A DNA stretch of 56,408 bases, taken from IMG/VR virus record IMGVR_UViG_3300026549_002476; one strand, 5' to 3'. Below the pieces are notes generated by a model, which searched no databases, was not told the DNA's origin, and saw only the letters and a list, made by a program, of their open reading frames with translations. Position 1 is the stretch's first letter; each line of letters begins with the position of its first letter. The stretch is from a virus (lineage: Duplodnaviria > Heunggongvirae > Uroviricota > Caudoviricetes). Made by a program: the position numbers and the translations under genes. Shown here one piece after another: positions 47,801 through 55,641 of the stretch.

Positions 47801-48880
47801 TTGAGATTAGCTAAGAGTAAATCTCTCAATAAGATTGATGAATATAACATTGGAAATTATAGGATAATTGAGTATAGGAGTAATCAAGTAGTTAAATTTA
47901 GTAATCCATACATGAATGGCTGTAAGGGTGCTTATATATTTGTTAAATACATCAATAATAGAGAAGCTGGTGTGTATGCAAGCGTAATGAGTTTATCTGA
48001 GATAGCAACTGAATTGGTTAATTTAACAAGGTTTGATCAGAGTATACCAGTAGTTGATCTTATGCAGAATGCTGAAGAACTTGATATGGTTGATCCTAAA
48101 CTTTTCTACTCATTCTATAATGTATTGTATACATCAGATGGGTGGCTACTTGAAGATTATTCACCAGCATTTAGAAGCATAGGCAACTCAGTTAGTTTTC
48201 ACATTTCAATGTATAAGCCAACTGGAGTATTCTATTTGACAGCAAATCTATTTGCAACAAGAACTGTTATTGGAAGGAAAGGAACTGAAACAAAAACAGT
48301 TGACTTAAGGACTATTCCAATACTTCCTATTGGTAATATGAACAGAGCATTAATGGTTGCAAATACAACTAACATAAATGCAAGCAAATTGAAATTGTTT
48401 AATGAACTTATTGAATTAGCTTTAATAATGGATTATAAGATAAATAATCTTAATATTAGTGAAGAAAGACTTAAGTATTGTATAAATAGCGTGCATGATA
48501 TTATAAGTCGCAGATATAAGAATATGAAATTTGATGTTCCTGATGAATCAGCTTATGTAAGGTACATTAAAGCCCGTGAAATGTCCATTGAAGGCATAAA
48601 AGATGCAAAAGAATATAAGAAAATAATAGATGACAGAGCTGTTTATATGATGGGTACAGTAAGTAAAGGTCAACTAAAGGTCGAGAATTATAAATCTTAC
48701 GATTTTGATAGTGATACTTATGATGAAGACCAGAGTTTTGAAGAAGTAATAGATAATGATGATGATGAGTATGACGAGTCAGAAGATGAAAACGAGTATG
48801 GCCAGTCAGAATATGAAATTGACTTTGATGAAGATGGAGAGTTTGAAAAAGATACAGAAGATGACGAAGACTATGAATGA
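44822..48880 (+). CDS. Large multidomain protein: 2x recurrent domain, repeat linkers, BspA-type LRR, long orphan C-region, acidic tail
   Basis: VVGVYRNKTDIVGFKLI...VQNLELVNGQL. KPEAT x4 and VDQKKPE x3. IPDDV.IDGKTYDVVGI..GAF followed by 'I...AF..C..L' LRR repeats. D/E-rich final ~50 aa. Confidence 0.8.
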   Translation: MVKVMNTVNCLVVGVYRNKTDIVGFKLIRYSDHQQFDISYANTCLHIKNGSLHVQNLELVNGQLKFIGGAESRYDDPKGIVNKLVILDEVYDRKTGTLVYYDVASAIGKVTRNSVNTILNYAIANNKKGINVLANAKLINKNGKYIISSIEGTYPILSVDIPRTPVSKPATKPEATKPEATKPEATKPEATKQTDANSVSQEVVNKIRKCMSYPDFHDSFAEKVSLTIKKFKKCSPKQEAVLDRFINEHKDEEVTVRRVEPVEDEIKEVPKVDQKKPEVDQKKPEVDQKKPEVAEVEVSKPTPVKSKVDTYDANRIIRVYSNYQTVSNNDLTYKVTGNTNEVYVARLLNHDLKNIIIPDDVAIDGKTYDVVGITSGAFANEDIKSIKCGPKMRDIGPGAFEASHIEFADLSDTKITLIASRTFLNCRFLKYVKLNNLIERIHEYAFAESSLESITLPDTTMTISAKAFENCKNLQSVNAKPKFVNDGAFCGDRKLSVFDFSNINSIAPFAFCGCAFEEIEISESTVTIGSKAFLNNLELSKVNIKDGVSAIGDNAFFRIDFGRRGVTDIKLAVGKPPKDKKLEITVPKSVKEIGHNAFGAASLVYTYTGSYCESYCNGYSVPCMLLDSANTENTTAIRRKSAFLGTSPMQSIYNRLSANAPDAANPEYSLRYDKLTDIDAGAQLLKALKVPIGSNPIDPSIKFKAIVNYLQDVSGYYKDPLTNEVLRLSRAFNIHNEVLYTDSWNSVNKVSYEMMDTLDKGSFIMVTSGTKLLYVSPLAPETDILVNPQSFNDEALPINGIIHSGDKLGRDGVIASYKAYLGPDEHHGYIDVGILYANKLFHQGIGIRKTRKDYYLYVPCENIVLYIHDDGKNIEENFHDRDERDIGTLTIVQMISYVEFINEVKDKIIRSGGDDRRFFDTVKSFSSTEINNRITSTGLIQEEKQAQLFRISKAFNEIVIKAGDVRITPNYLTQDLFDGLCNSYWMVPKDSQWLRLAKSKSLNKIDEYNIGNYRIIEYRSNQVVKFSNPYMNGCKGAYIFVKYINNREAGVYASVMSLSEIATELVNLTRFDQSIPVVDLMQNAEELDMVDPKLFYSFYNVLYTSDGWLLEDYSPAFRSIGNSVSFHISMYKPTGVFYLTANLFATRTVIGRKGTETKTVDLRTIPILPIGNMNRALMVANTTNINASKLKLFNELIELALIMDYKINNLNISEERLKYCINSVHDIISRRYKNMKFDVPDESAYVRYIKAREMSIEGIKDAKEYKKIIDDRAVYMMGTVSKGQLKVENYKSYDFDSDTYDEDQSFEEVIDNDDDEYDESEDENEYGQSEYEIDFDEDGEFEKDTEDDEDYE
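45335..45394 (+). repeat. In-frame 15-bp tandem repeat (4 copies)
   Basis: Unit AAACCTGAAGCTACG, encoding KPEAT. Confidence 0.95.
45635..45697 (+). repeat. In-frame 21-bp tandem repeat (3 copies)
   Basis: Unit GTAGATCAGAAGAAACCTGAA, encoding VDQKKPE. Confidence 0.95.
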
Positions 48881-48962
48881 TTAAAAATCAGACAGCATAG
48901 TTATAAGTGTAGCATATGTTCTGATCAATAAAAGAAAAGATTGACTAAGTAATTTATGACAT

Positions 48963-49000
48963 GAGAGCATTACAGTTTATATAATGCTCTCGTGTTTTTT
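48963..49000 (+). terminator. Intrinsic terminator
   Basis: GAGAGCATTA / TAATGCTCTC followed by GTGTTTTTT. Confidence 0.65.
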
Positions 49001-49021
49001 ATGAAAGCAAGGGAAGGTATT

Positions 49022-50089
49022 ATGAAACTTATAAAACATATATTAACATGCATACTGACATTTATAACCGTGATAGCAAGTATTAATATACCAGTTTATG
49101 CAGCAGATAGCTTTGGTACAGTTGGTATTGTAACAATTGGTTCTGACTTGACAGCTGAACAAGAAGAGCAGATGTTTGAGTATTTTGGCGTATCAAGAGA
49201 TACAGTTCAGATATTAATAGTTAATAACAAGGATGAACATAAATACCTTGATGGAATTGCAACAAGCAATCAGATAGGCACACATACTTATAGCTGCTGC
49301 TATATTCAGCCAACTGAATCCGGTGGAATAAATGTTAAGACTTATAATTTAAATTGGGTTACTGATGAAATGATTAAAAATGCATTGGTGACAAGTGGTA
49401 TTACAAATTGTAACATTGTAGCTGCTTCTCCAATAGAGGTAAGTGGAACTGGAGCATTAACAGGTGTATTCAAAGCTTATGAAACAGTAGATGGTCTTGG
49501 AAAACTTGATTCTAATAAAATTAATGCAGCGTCTGAAGAACTAGTTATAACTTCAGAAGCAGCAGAAGATATAGGTCAGCAAGCAGCTAGTGATATGATA
49601 GAAAGTTTAAAGGAAGAAATAATCACAGCAAAAAATAATAACCAAGAAGTTGACATTCCGAGTTTAGTAGATAAATATATTTTAGACAAAGGTTTAAAAT
49701 TAACACCTGAGCATAGACAACAAATAATTGACTTACTGACAAAGATTTCTGACCTAGATTATGATATAGATCAAATAGAAGCTGCTTATGGCAAATTGAA
49801 ATCAGCTTATGATACAACAATGAAGACTCTTGATGAGACAAAGGAAAAAGCTGAAGAAACAAAGAATTTTCTTGATAAGATAATTGATTTCTTTAAGGGA
49901 TTGTTTGAAAAAATAAGTAGCATATTCAATAATACTGAATCGTCAACTGAAGAAGTTTCAACTACTGCAAGTTCAATTGAAGATAATACAAGTAGTAATG
50001 AAGCTGATACCAGTAGTAGCAAAGCAAATACAAGTAGTAATGAAGCCAGTACAGAGTCAATATTGGATAATTTACAGTATCAAGAATAG
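49022..50089 (+). CDS. DUF1002 (YpuA-like) secreted protein (start revised from 48992)
   Basis: Signal peptide ending VYA. TIGSDLT.EQ...M..YFG, VNNKDEH.YL, S.C.YI, N.NWVT..M..NAL.T.GI, ASP..VSGTGALTG..KA. Confidence 0.8.
   Translation: MKLIKHILTCILTFITVIASINIPVYAADSFGTVGIVTIGSDLTAEQEEQMFEYFGVSRDTVQILIVNNKDEHKYLDGIATSNQIGTHTYSCCYIQPTESGGINVKTYNLNWVTDEMIKNALVTSGITNCNIVAASPIEVSGTGALTGVFKAYETVDGLGKLDSNKINAASEELVITSEAAEDIGQQAASDMIESLKEEIITAKNNNQEVDIPSLVDKYILDKGLKLTPEHRQQIIDLLTKISDLDYDIDQIEAAYGKLKSAYDTTMKTLDETKEKAEETKNFLDKIIDFFKGLFEKISSIFNNTESSTEEVSTTASSIEDNTSSNEADTSSSKANTSSNEASTESILDNLQYQE
49985..50047 (+). repeat. Imperfect in-frame 21-bp repeat (3 copies)
   Basis: NTSSNEA / DTSSSKA / NTSSNEA. 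Confidence 0.75.
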
Positions 50090-50098
50090 GTAGATAAG

Positions 50099-50566
50099 AT
50101 GCCAGAAAATAATACTGATAGTAATAACAATAAGAAAAAACAAGGATTTTTTGATGAAATAAAAGAAGATCATAACTTTGTTGGTTTACTGGCTTTTGTA
50201 TTGTTTTGCGCACTTTTAGCTTGTGTTATACTTACAACTGCTATTATATATTCTAGAGCAAATAGTAAAGAAGCTAATGGAACAGTAGTTGAATGTTCAA
50301 GAGTTGGTGGTATATACTATGAAGTTTATTGCAATAGTTCAGATAATACAATGGAACTTACAGTAGACCCTGATAATGATGATAGCAACTTAACTACTGA
50401 AATGATAAATCATGATGGATCTCAGAGAGTGTATGATGGACAGGATGCATTAATAGGGGTATTTGATATAAGTATTAATGATCAGGGAGTTACACTTTTC
50501 GACAAGCATCAAAATGTAAGATATAGATATGATTATGAAACAGAATCATTAAATATTATTAGATAG
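50099..50566 (+). CDS. Single-pass membrane hypothetical protein
   Basis: One TM helix (FVGLLAFVLFCALLACVILTTAIIY) followed by an acidic beta-rich region. Confidence 0.7.
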   Translation: MPENNTDSNNNKKKQGFFDEIKEDHNFVGLLAFVLFCALLACVILTTAIIYSRANSKEANGTVVECSRVGGIYYEVYCNSSDNTMELTVDPDNDDSNLTTEMINHDGSQRVYDGQDALIGVFDISINDQGVTLFDKHQNVRYRYDYETESLNIIR

Positions 50567-50622
50567 CACGATAAATAAATGATTAAAATTACCAACTGGT
50601 AGTTGAAAACGGAGTACTAATT

Positions 50623-52527
50623 ATGCTGAAGAAATTATTGATATTCCTTATGATAGTTTGTTTGGGACAGCCACAAACACATTGGATTAGCTGGATATCT
50701 TATAAAGGAGCATCTATAATTAACAATAAGCAAGAGGTTGCTAAAGCTGAACAGGAGGCATCTGAGGCTTCTAGTGAAGATGCTTATGATCCTACTATGG
50801 ATCCATCTAGTGATAAATTCGAACCTGAGAAATACTATAACATAAGCGTATTTGCTGATCAAAGTCTTGGCGGATATAAAATTAGTATTCCAGCTTCTCA
50901 TTTTACACTTGTAGATTCTGAGTCAACTAATCTAGAAAAAGTAGTAACATATAAAGATACAAAGTCAGTTTTTAAAATTGGGTATACAATTAGTATAGTT
51001 GCAAATGCAGATGTTCCTGGTTATTTAACCAATGGTTTGTTTAAGCTTAATTCAACAACAAATGATAGAGAGACATATAAATTTGGAGATACTGATTGGA
51101 CAAGAATAAGAGCTACAACAACTGATAAAGGAAACACTCAATACATTTGGTATACTCAGAGAAATGATTCAGACGGAACAATTTCAGCATTTTGGATTGA
51201 AGGTAGTGTATATCCTGAATCTGATAATGATGAAATGCAATATGCAGTTCAAGCTATGATGAAGACTTACAGTTATGATCTTACAAGCTCTGGTACAGTA
51301 TTTGATCAAACTGGTGCAGCTGCTGTTGACAGCGAAAAGTATATAGCAAATAGTTCTGATCATACAATATTTTCAGATAGATCTGGCATAATTGCTGATT
51401 CTGGTTTGTCAGATGATTGGAGAGATTTAGAGTTTAGCATTGATGGTAGCAAGTTTGCACTTCCTTGTAGACTTCAAGTTTTTGAGGATGCTGGGTTTAC
51501 AATCAATGAACAAAAGACAGATGCTAAAACAATTATAGTTAATCAGAATCAGGTAGTATCTGTTGATCTTATAAATAATCATGGCACAAGATTGTCAGTG
51601 TATGCATACAATGAAGATCAATCAGAAGCTAAAACATTAAATGATTGTAACATAGTAAAGGTTATAATTGATCCATCAAAGTTTGTTTCTGAAGCAGATG
51701 CTGCTGAAAAATTAAAGGAGTTAAACAAAAATTCAACAGAAAATTCTTCCACTGGGTCTTCAGAAGTTGATACTTCACTTACAAGTAATGCCAATGAATC
51801 AATACCTTCTAGCTATGCTGATGAGCCATATATGTATAAGATGAGCGATGGAGGTTATATGAATGCAACACCAGCTGAGGGTAGTGATAATACAGATATA
51901 TTTAAGCCTAAAGCTGGAGATCCATTACCAGATGTTTATGGCAATAGTTACGTTATAAAGACTTCTGGGTATTCTAGAGATTACCCAAGTGTTACAACTG
52001 GTAAGATGGTTGAGAAGATAACATCTGGAACAGAAATCGTAGCTGTTGGTGATGCTTTAACAGCAACTGGAGATTTGTGGGTTTGCTATATAAATTCAGA
52101 TAACAAACAATGCTGGTATCCAGTTACAGACATAGAAAATGTTAAAGATGAAAGTGATGAAAGCAGTACCGAAAATACTCAAATAGAACTTCCAATTCCA
52201 GATGCAAGTAGTGAAACATCTACAGAAAGTAGTGAAACATCTACAGAAAGTACAGAAACATCTGAAGAAGGTTCATCAACTATGTTAGGTAATGATTCAA
52301 CTGCTGGACTTCATGAAATTATACTTCCTGGAGGAGTTACAACATCTGCTTATACAGATGACATCATAGCAAAATATGGTGACTGTGATAAACGAATGAA
52401 GACTGTGAATGGTGTTCAGTATTATGTTTGCACTTGGACATATCAGCAAGAAACATTTGAATTAACTCTTCAAACTTATCAAGGAATTGTATCCATAGAA
52501 ATGAGCAGCATGGATGTTTCTAATTAA
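50623..52527 (+). CDS. Secreted/surface protein containing the domain shared with ORFs 4830 and 6493
   Basis: N-terminal hydrophobic leader. FSIDGSKFALPC.L..F..AGF and LPGGVT...IIAKYGD. 21-bp SETSTES repeat at 52210-52251. Confidence 0.7.
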   Translation: MLKKLLIFLMIVCLGQPQTHWISWISYKGASIINNKQEVAKAEQEASEASSEDAYDPTMDPSSDKFEPEKYYNISVFADQSLGGYKISIPASHFTLVDSESTNLEKVVTYKDTKSVFKIGYTISIVANADVPGYLTNGLFKLNSTTNDRETYKFGDTDWTRIRATTTDKGNTQYIWYTQRNDSDGTISAFWIEGSVYPESDNDEMQYAVQAMMKTYSYDLTSSGTVFDQTGAAAVDSEKYIANSSDHTIFSDRSGIIADSGLSDDWRDLEFSIDGSKFALPCRLQVFEDAGFTINEQKTDAKTIIVNQNQVVSVDLINNHGTRLSVYAYNEDQSEAKTLNDCNIVKVIIDPSKFVSEADAAEKLKELNKNSTENSSTGSSEVDTSLTSNANESIPSSYADEPYMYKMSDGGYMNATPAEGSDNTDIFKPKAGDPLPDVYGNSYVIKTSGYSRDYPSVTTGKMVEKITSGTEIVAVGDALTATGDLWVCYINSDNKQCWYPVTDIENVKDESDESSTENTQIELPIPDASSETSTESSETSTESTETSEEGSSTMLGNDSTAGLHEIILPGGVTTSAYTDDIIAKYGDCDKRMKTVNGVQYYVCTWTYQQETFELTLQTYQGIVSIEMSSMDVSN

Positions 52528-52592
52528 CATATAAACTAATTCATTAAATTGGGTATGATTAAAAAATTAACATGTGTACGGAGGTTTATTAA

Positions 52593-53456
52593 TTGCATAA
52601 AATTCCTTTTAACTTGAGGAATTTAAAGTTAAACCTGATTAAAATTGTAGTAATTACTTCATTGATTTTAATAATAACACCCAATTATAAAGTGTTTGCA
52701 TCTGATGTTAATAGTAACACTGTACAAATTAATAGTAAACAAACTGCTGATTATAATAGTCAATTAATGCAAGGAATGACTATAAGAAATGGATTGGTCA
52801 CTCCTGCAAGTTATAGCATAAACAGTTTTGATGAATTAAGAGTATATTTAGACAATATGTTATCTGAAACAAATCCAGCTGTCAGTTATCTAGCTTTTGA
52901 TGAAATGATGATGATTGGTAATGATTATGGAATTCCACAAAATGATTATAATGCTGCCATGAATAAAGCTATTACTTGTAAAAATTGGGTAGATGCTAAT
53001 ATGCAGTACATTGTTCCACAAGGAACAAGCTATGATAAAGTACCAAACATTATAGCTAATTGGGTTTCAGATTGTATGAGCTATGACTACTCTGCATATA
53101 GTCAACCAGCTTTGCTAAGGAATTATCAATCAGCTTATGAGGGATTTGTAAACCAAAAAGGAGTATGTACAACATATTCAAACATGTTTATGATTGTTTT
53201 ACATGAAATACCTATTAACAGTGCAACATTAACTGTTGATTATGGTGCAACAAATCCTTTGTATTATCAAGTGCATATTATGTATAGTGCAAAGCATAGT
53301 TGGTCTGCTTATAGGTTTAACAGAAGTGGTGTTTGGACACAATGTGACATAACCAATTATGATTCTGCTATTAGAGATGGAAATTTTTTAAACTTACCAA
53401 GTACTTACTTAGTTAATTATCCATATCAAAATCCGGAAGTAATTCTTCCACAGTGA
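52593..53456 (+). CDS. Secreted transglutaminase-like protein
   Basis: Signal peptide. WVSD.MSYD, GVCTTYSNMF (Cys), HSW (His), CDIT (Asp). Confidence 0.7.
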   Translation: MHKIPFNLRNLKLNLIKIVVITSLILIITPNYKVFASDVNSNTVQINSKQTADYNSQLMQGMTIRNGLVTPASYSINSFDELRVYLDNMLSETNPAVSYLAFDEMMMIGNDYGIPQNDYNAAMNKAITCKNWVDANMQYIVPQGTSYDKVPNIIANWVSDCMSYDYSAYSQPALLRNYQSAYEGFVNQKGVCTTYSNMFMIVLHEIPINSATLTVDYGATNPLYYQVHIMYSAKHSWSAYRFNRSGVWTQCDITNYDSAIRDGNFLNLPSTYLVNYPYQNPEVILPQ

Positions 53457-53485
53457 TTAAAATTATTGTAACAGGAGAAGATGAA

Positions 53486-54421
53486 ATGAAAAAATGTGCA
53501 AGGTGTGGTCAACCTCTTCAAGATAATGCTGAACATTGCAATTATTGTGGGTGGAATAGGTTTGTTCCTATAGATGCTCCGCAGCCATCCACTTTTGATC
53601 ATTCCAGAGGAAATAGTCAACGAAATGCAATGGGTATGAATCAAGGTCAGCAAAGAAGACCTTCAAATGGTGTAAATAATCAAGGACAACAAAGAATGAA
53701 CTCTATTCAAAATCAGCAGAATAGAGTTAGGCCAAATCAGAACACAAATAATGAGCCTGGACAGTTTAGTCAACAAGGGATAAATAATCAATTTAGTTCA
53801 CAGAATATGAACAGTCAGTTGAATCAGAATCCAATGAATCAGCAGGGTATGAACCAATTTGGCATGAATCAACAAAGTATGAATCAGCAAAGTATGAATC
53901 AATTTGGTAATACACCTGGTTCAAATGTTCCAATGTCAAAGATGGATAAAAAGTTAGCTAAAGCTCAAGCTAAGCAACAAGCTAAAATGGCTAAAGAACA
54001 GGCTAAACAACAGGCAGCACAGCAGAAGATGCAATTAAAGCAACAGGCTATGCAATTAAAACAGCAAGAGATGCAAATGAGACAGAATAATGCAAATCAA
54101 GCTAATATTAATCAGCCTAACATGCCATCTAAACCTGGGCAGCCAATGAATCCTGGGATGCCTTCTAAACCTGGTCAAAGACCAAGATTTGTTGATGAAA
54201 GCACCACAGCAGCAAATAGATCTTCTTCAACAGATATGACTGTTGTACAGTGGATTATAAAGCTTATTATAATGGGTATCAGTCCTTTGGGATTGGTTTA
54301 TGGGTATTTGCAAATTAAAAAAGAAGATACACCAGAAATCATGAAAAACTATTATATAGCTTCAATGATCTTTGCTGGGCTGAGTCTTGTAATAGGTTTG
54401 ATAGTCCTTATAACACAGTAA
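53486..54421 (+). CDS. Zinc-ribbon + Q/N/M-rich low-complexity region + two C-terminal TM helices (start revised from 53453)
   Basis: GGAG RBS before MKKCARCGQ..HCNYCG. Long Q/N/M/P-rich stretch. Two hydrophobic helices at the C-terminus. Confidence 0.8.
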   Translation: MKKCARCGQPLQDNAEHCNYCGWNRFVPIDAPQPSTFDHSRGNSQRNAMGMNQGQQRRPSNGVNNQGQQRMNSIQNQQNRVRPNQNTNNEPGQFSQQGINNQFSSQNMNSQLNQNPMNQQGMNQFGMNQQSMNQQSMNQFGNTPGSNVPMSKMDKKLAKAQAKQQAKMAKEQAKQQAAQQKMQLKQQAMQLKQQEMQMRQNNANQANINQPNMPSKPGQPMNPGMPSKPGQRPRFVDESTTAANRSSSTDMTVVQWIIKLIIMGISPLGLVYGYLQIKKEDTPEIMKNYYIASMIFAGLSLVIGLIVLITQ

Positions 54422-54432
54422 ATTAAATAAAT

Positions 54433-54475
54433 TATAAAAGCACCAATACATTTAAAAGTTATTTGGTGCTTTTAT
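54433..54475 (+). terminator. Intrinsic terminator
   Basis: ATAAAAGCACCA / TGGTGCTTTTAT. Confidence 0.7.
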
Positions 54476-54553
54476 TATGCTATAAATGACCTTATTGTAA
54501 AGTATAGTATATTTAAATAATAATTATTAAGATTTTAGTTTTGGAGGTATAAC

Positions 54554-54751
54554 ATGTATTGTAATGATATGGACTGGTGTTTGCTATACTGTGAAAGTAA
54601 TGGCGATTGGAAGATCGGTAAGGATACAGATAAAGACTTTATGAATCGTCCACAGCACTCAGATGGTACAGAATATACAGATGAAGAAATTAATAAGCCT
54701 AGTGATAATAAGATTGACATAAAGAAAAACGAGCCTATTAACATTCTATGA
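54554..54751 (+). CDS. Small hypothetical protein
   Basis: GGAGG RBS, 65 aa. Confidence 0.6.
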   Translation: MYCNDMDWCLLYCESNGDWKIGKDTDKDFMNRPQHSDGTEYTDEEINKPSDNKIDIKKNEPINIL

Positions 54752-54763
54752 TGGAGTATAATT

Positions 54764-55282
54764 ATGTATATAGTTAATAAAGCTTATGATGACAAATCAG
54801 CTGATATTCTTGATATAACTAATGGAAATTCAATGCATCTTGATGAATCAGGGCTTGTGGGTTTAGCTAAGAATCATTCAGTGTATGGATTAGCATGCTA
54901 CAAAAACAAAGTTTCAAGTTTGCAGGCATATGATTTTATGACTTTTGCTACTGAAGTCGAGGCTGACGAATGGATTAGAGAAGCTGGATTAAATAATATA
55001 AATAAATTAGCAATGAGTTATGGGACTATAGTATTAATTAAAAGCAATGTAAAATATCATGTTTCATATTATGTTGGATACTACAGAGGTGATCCACATA
55101 TGGGTGATTATGAAACACTTGTAGCTGAGGGTCGTGGATATACAAATTACAGAGAAGCAGCCAAGGAGTTTACGAAGACTGATGCAGAAAAGAAAGCTGC
55201 AATAATGAGAAATAGAAGTAAATCCGCTGTACCTTGGAAAGCTATTCGTGGCAATGTTACAGAGATAAGATACAATAAATAA
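54764..55282 (+). CDS. Hypothetical protein with a possible divergent recurrent N-terminal domain
   Basis: GGAG RBS. MYIVNKAYDDKSADILDITNG.S.HL....LV.LAKNHSVYGL. Confidence 0.65.
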   Translation: MYIVNKAYDDKSADILDITNGNSMHLDESGLVGLAKNHSVYGLACYKNKVSSLQAYDFMTFATEVEADEWIREAGLNNINKLAMSYGTIVLIKSNVKYHVSYYVGYYRGDPHMGDYETLVAEGRGYTNYREAAKEFTKTDAEKKAAIMRNRSKSAVPWKAIRGNVTEIRYNK

Positions 55283-55297
55283 TTAGGAGATAAATAG

Positions 55298-55621
55298 TTG
55301 ATGAAAATAACACAGACTAAAACTCCAGAAGACTTTAAGAATATTAAGAAGAAAGAATTGTACCAGCTTTGGTATATTGAGAGCTATACTGACAAGCAGG
55401 TAGCAAAGATGTATGGAGTTACAGCAGAAGAAGTTAAAAATAAACGAGCAGAATTTGATTTAACAATGTGGAAGGCTTCTTGGCTGTTTATGCTCGGTGG
55501 AGAGCAATGGAAAGATGCTCGTAAAGCAGAAATGAGAAAAAAGAAAGCTGAAGAAAAAAGAAAGAAAGAAGCCGAGAAGTACACTAAAAAATACTTAAAA
55601 TCAAAAGACACTAAAAAGTAA
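55298..55621 (+). CDS. Putative helix-turn-helix protein with a basic coiled-coil tail
   Basis: LYQLWYIESYTDKQVAKMYGVTAEEVKNKR fits an HTH pattern. K/E-rich C-terminus. Confidence 0.55.
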   Translation: MMKITQTKTPEDFKNIKKKELYQLWYIESYTDKQVAKMYGVTAEEVKNKRAEFDLTMWKASWLFMLGGEQWKDARKAEMRKKKAEEKRKKEAEKYTKKYLKSKDTKK

Positions 55622-55641
55622 TATATAACAGGGGTATTTTA

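Noticed and set aside
24025-54540. AGATTTTAG just upstream of the RBS of three genes (24054, 39141, 54554)
   Set aside because: Short AT-rich 9-mer that also occurs inside coding sequence. Not distinguishable from chance without a statistical test.
1093-55611. All minus-strand ORFs and short alternate-frame plus ORFs in the track (e.g. 1093-1539, 5722-5979, 5749-5958, 40995-41510)
   Set aside because: They lie within longer, motif-bearing + strand genes, show antisense-shadow composition (F/L/S/I-rich) or merely re-read the tandem repeats, and lack RBSs.
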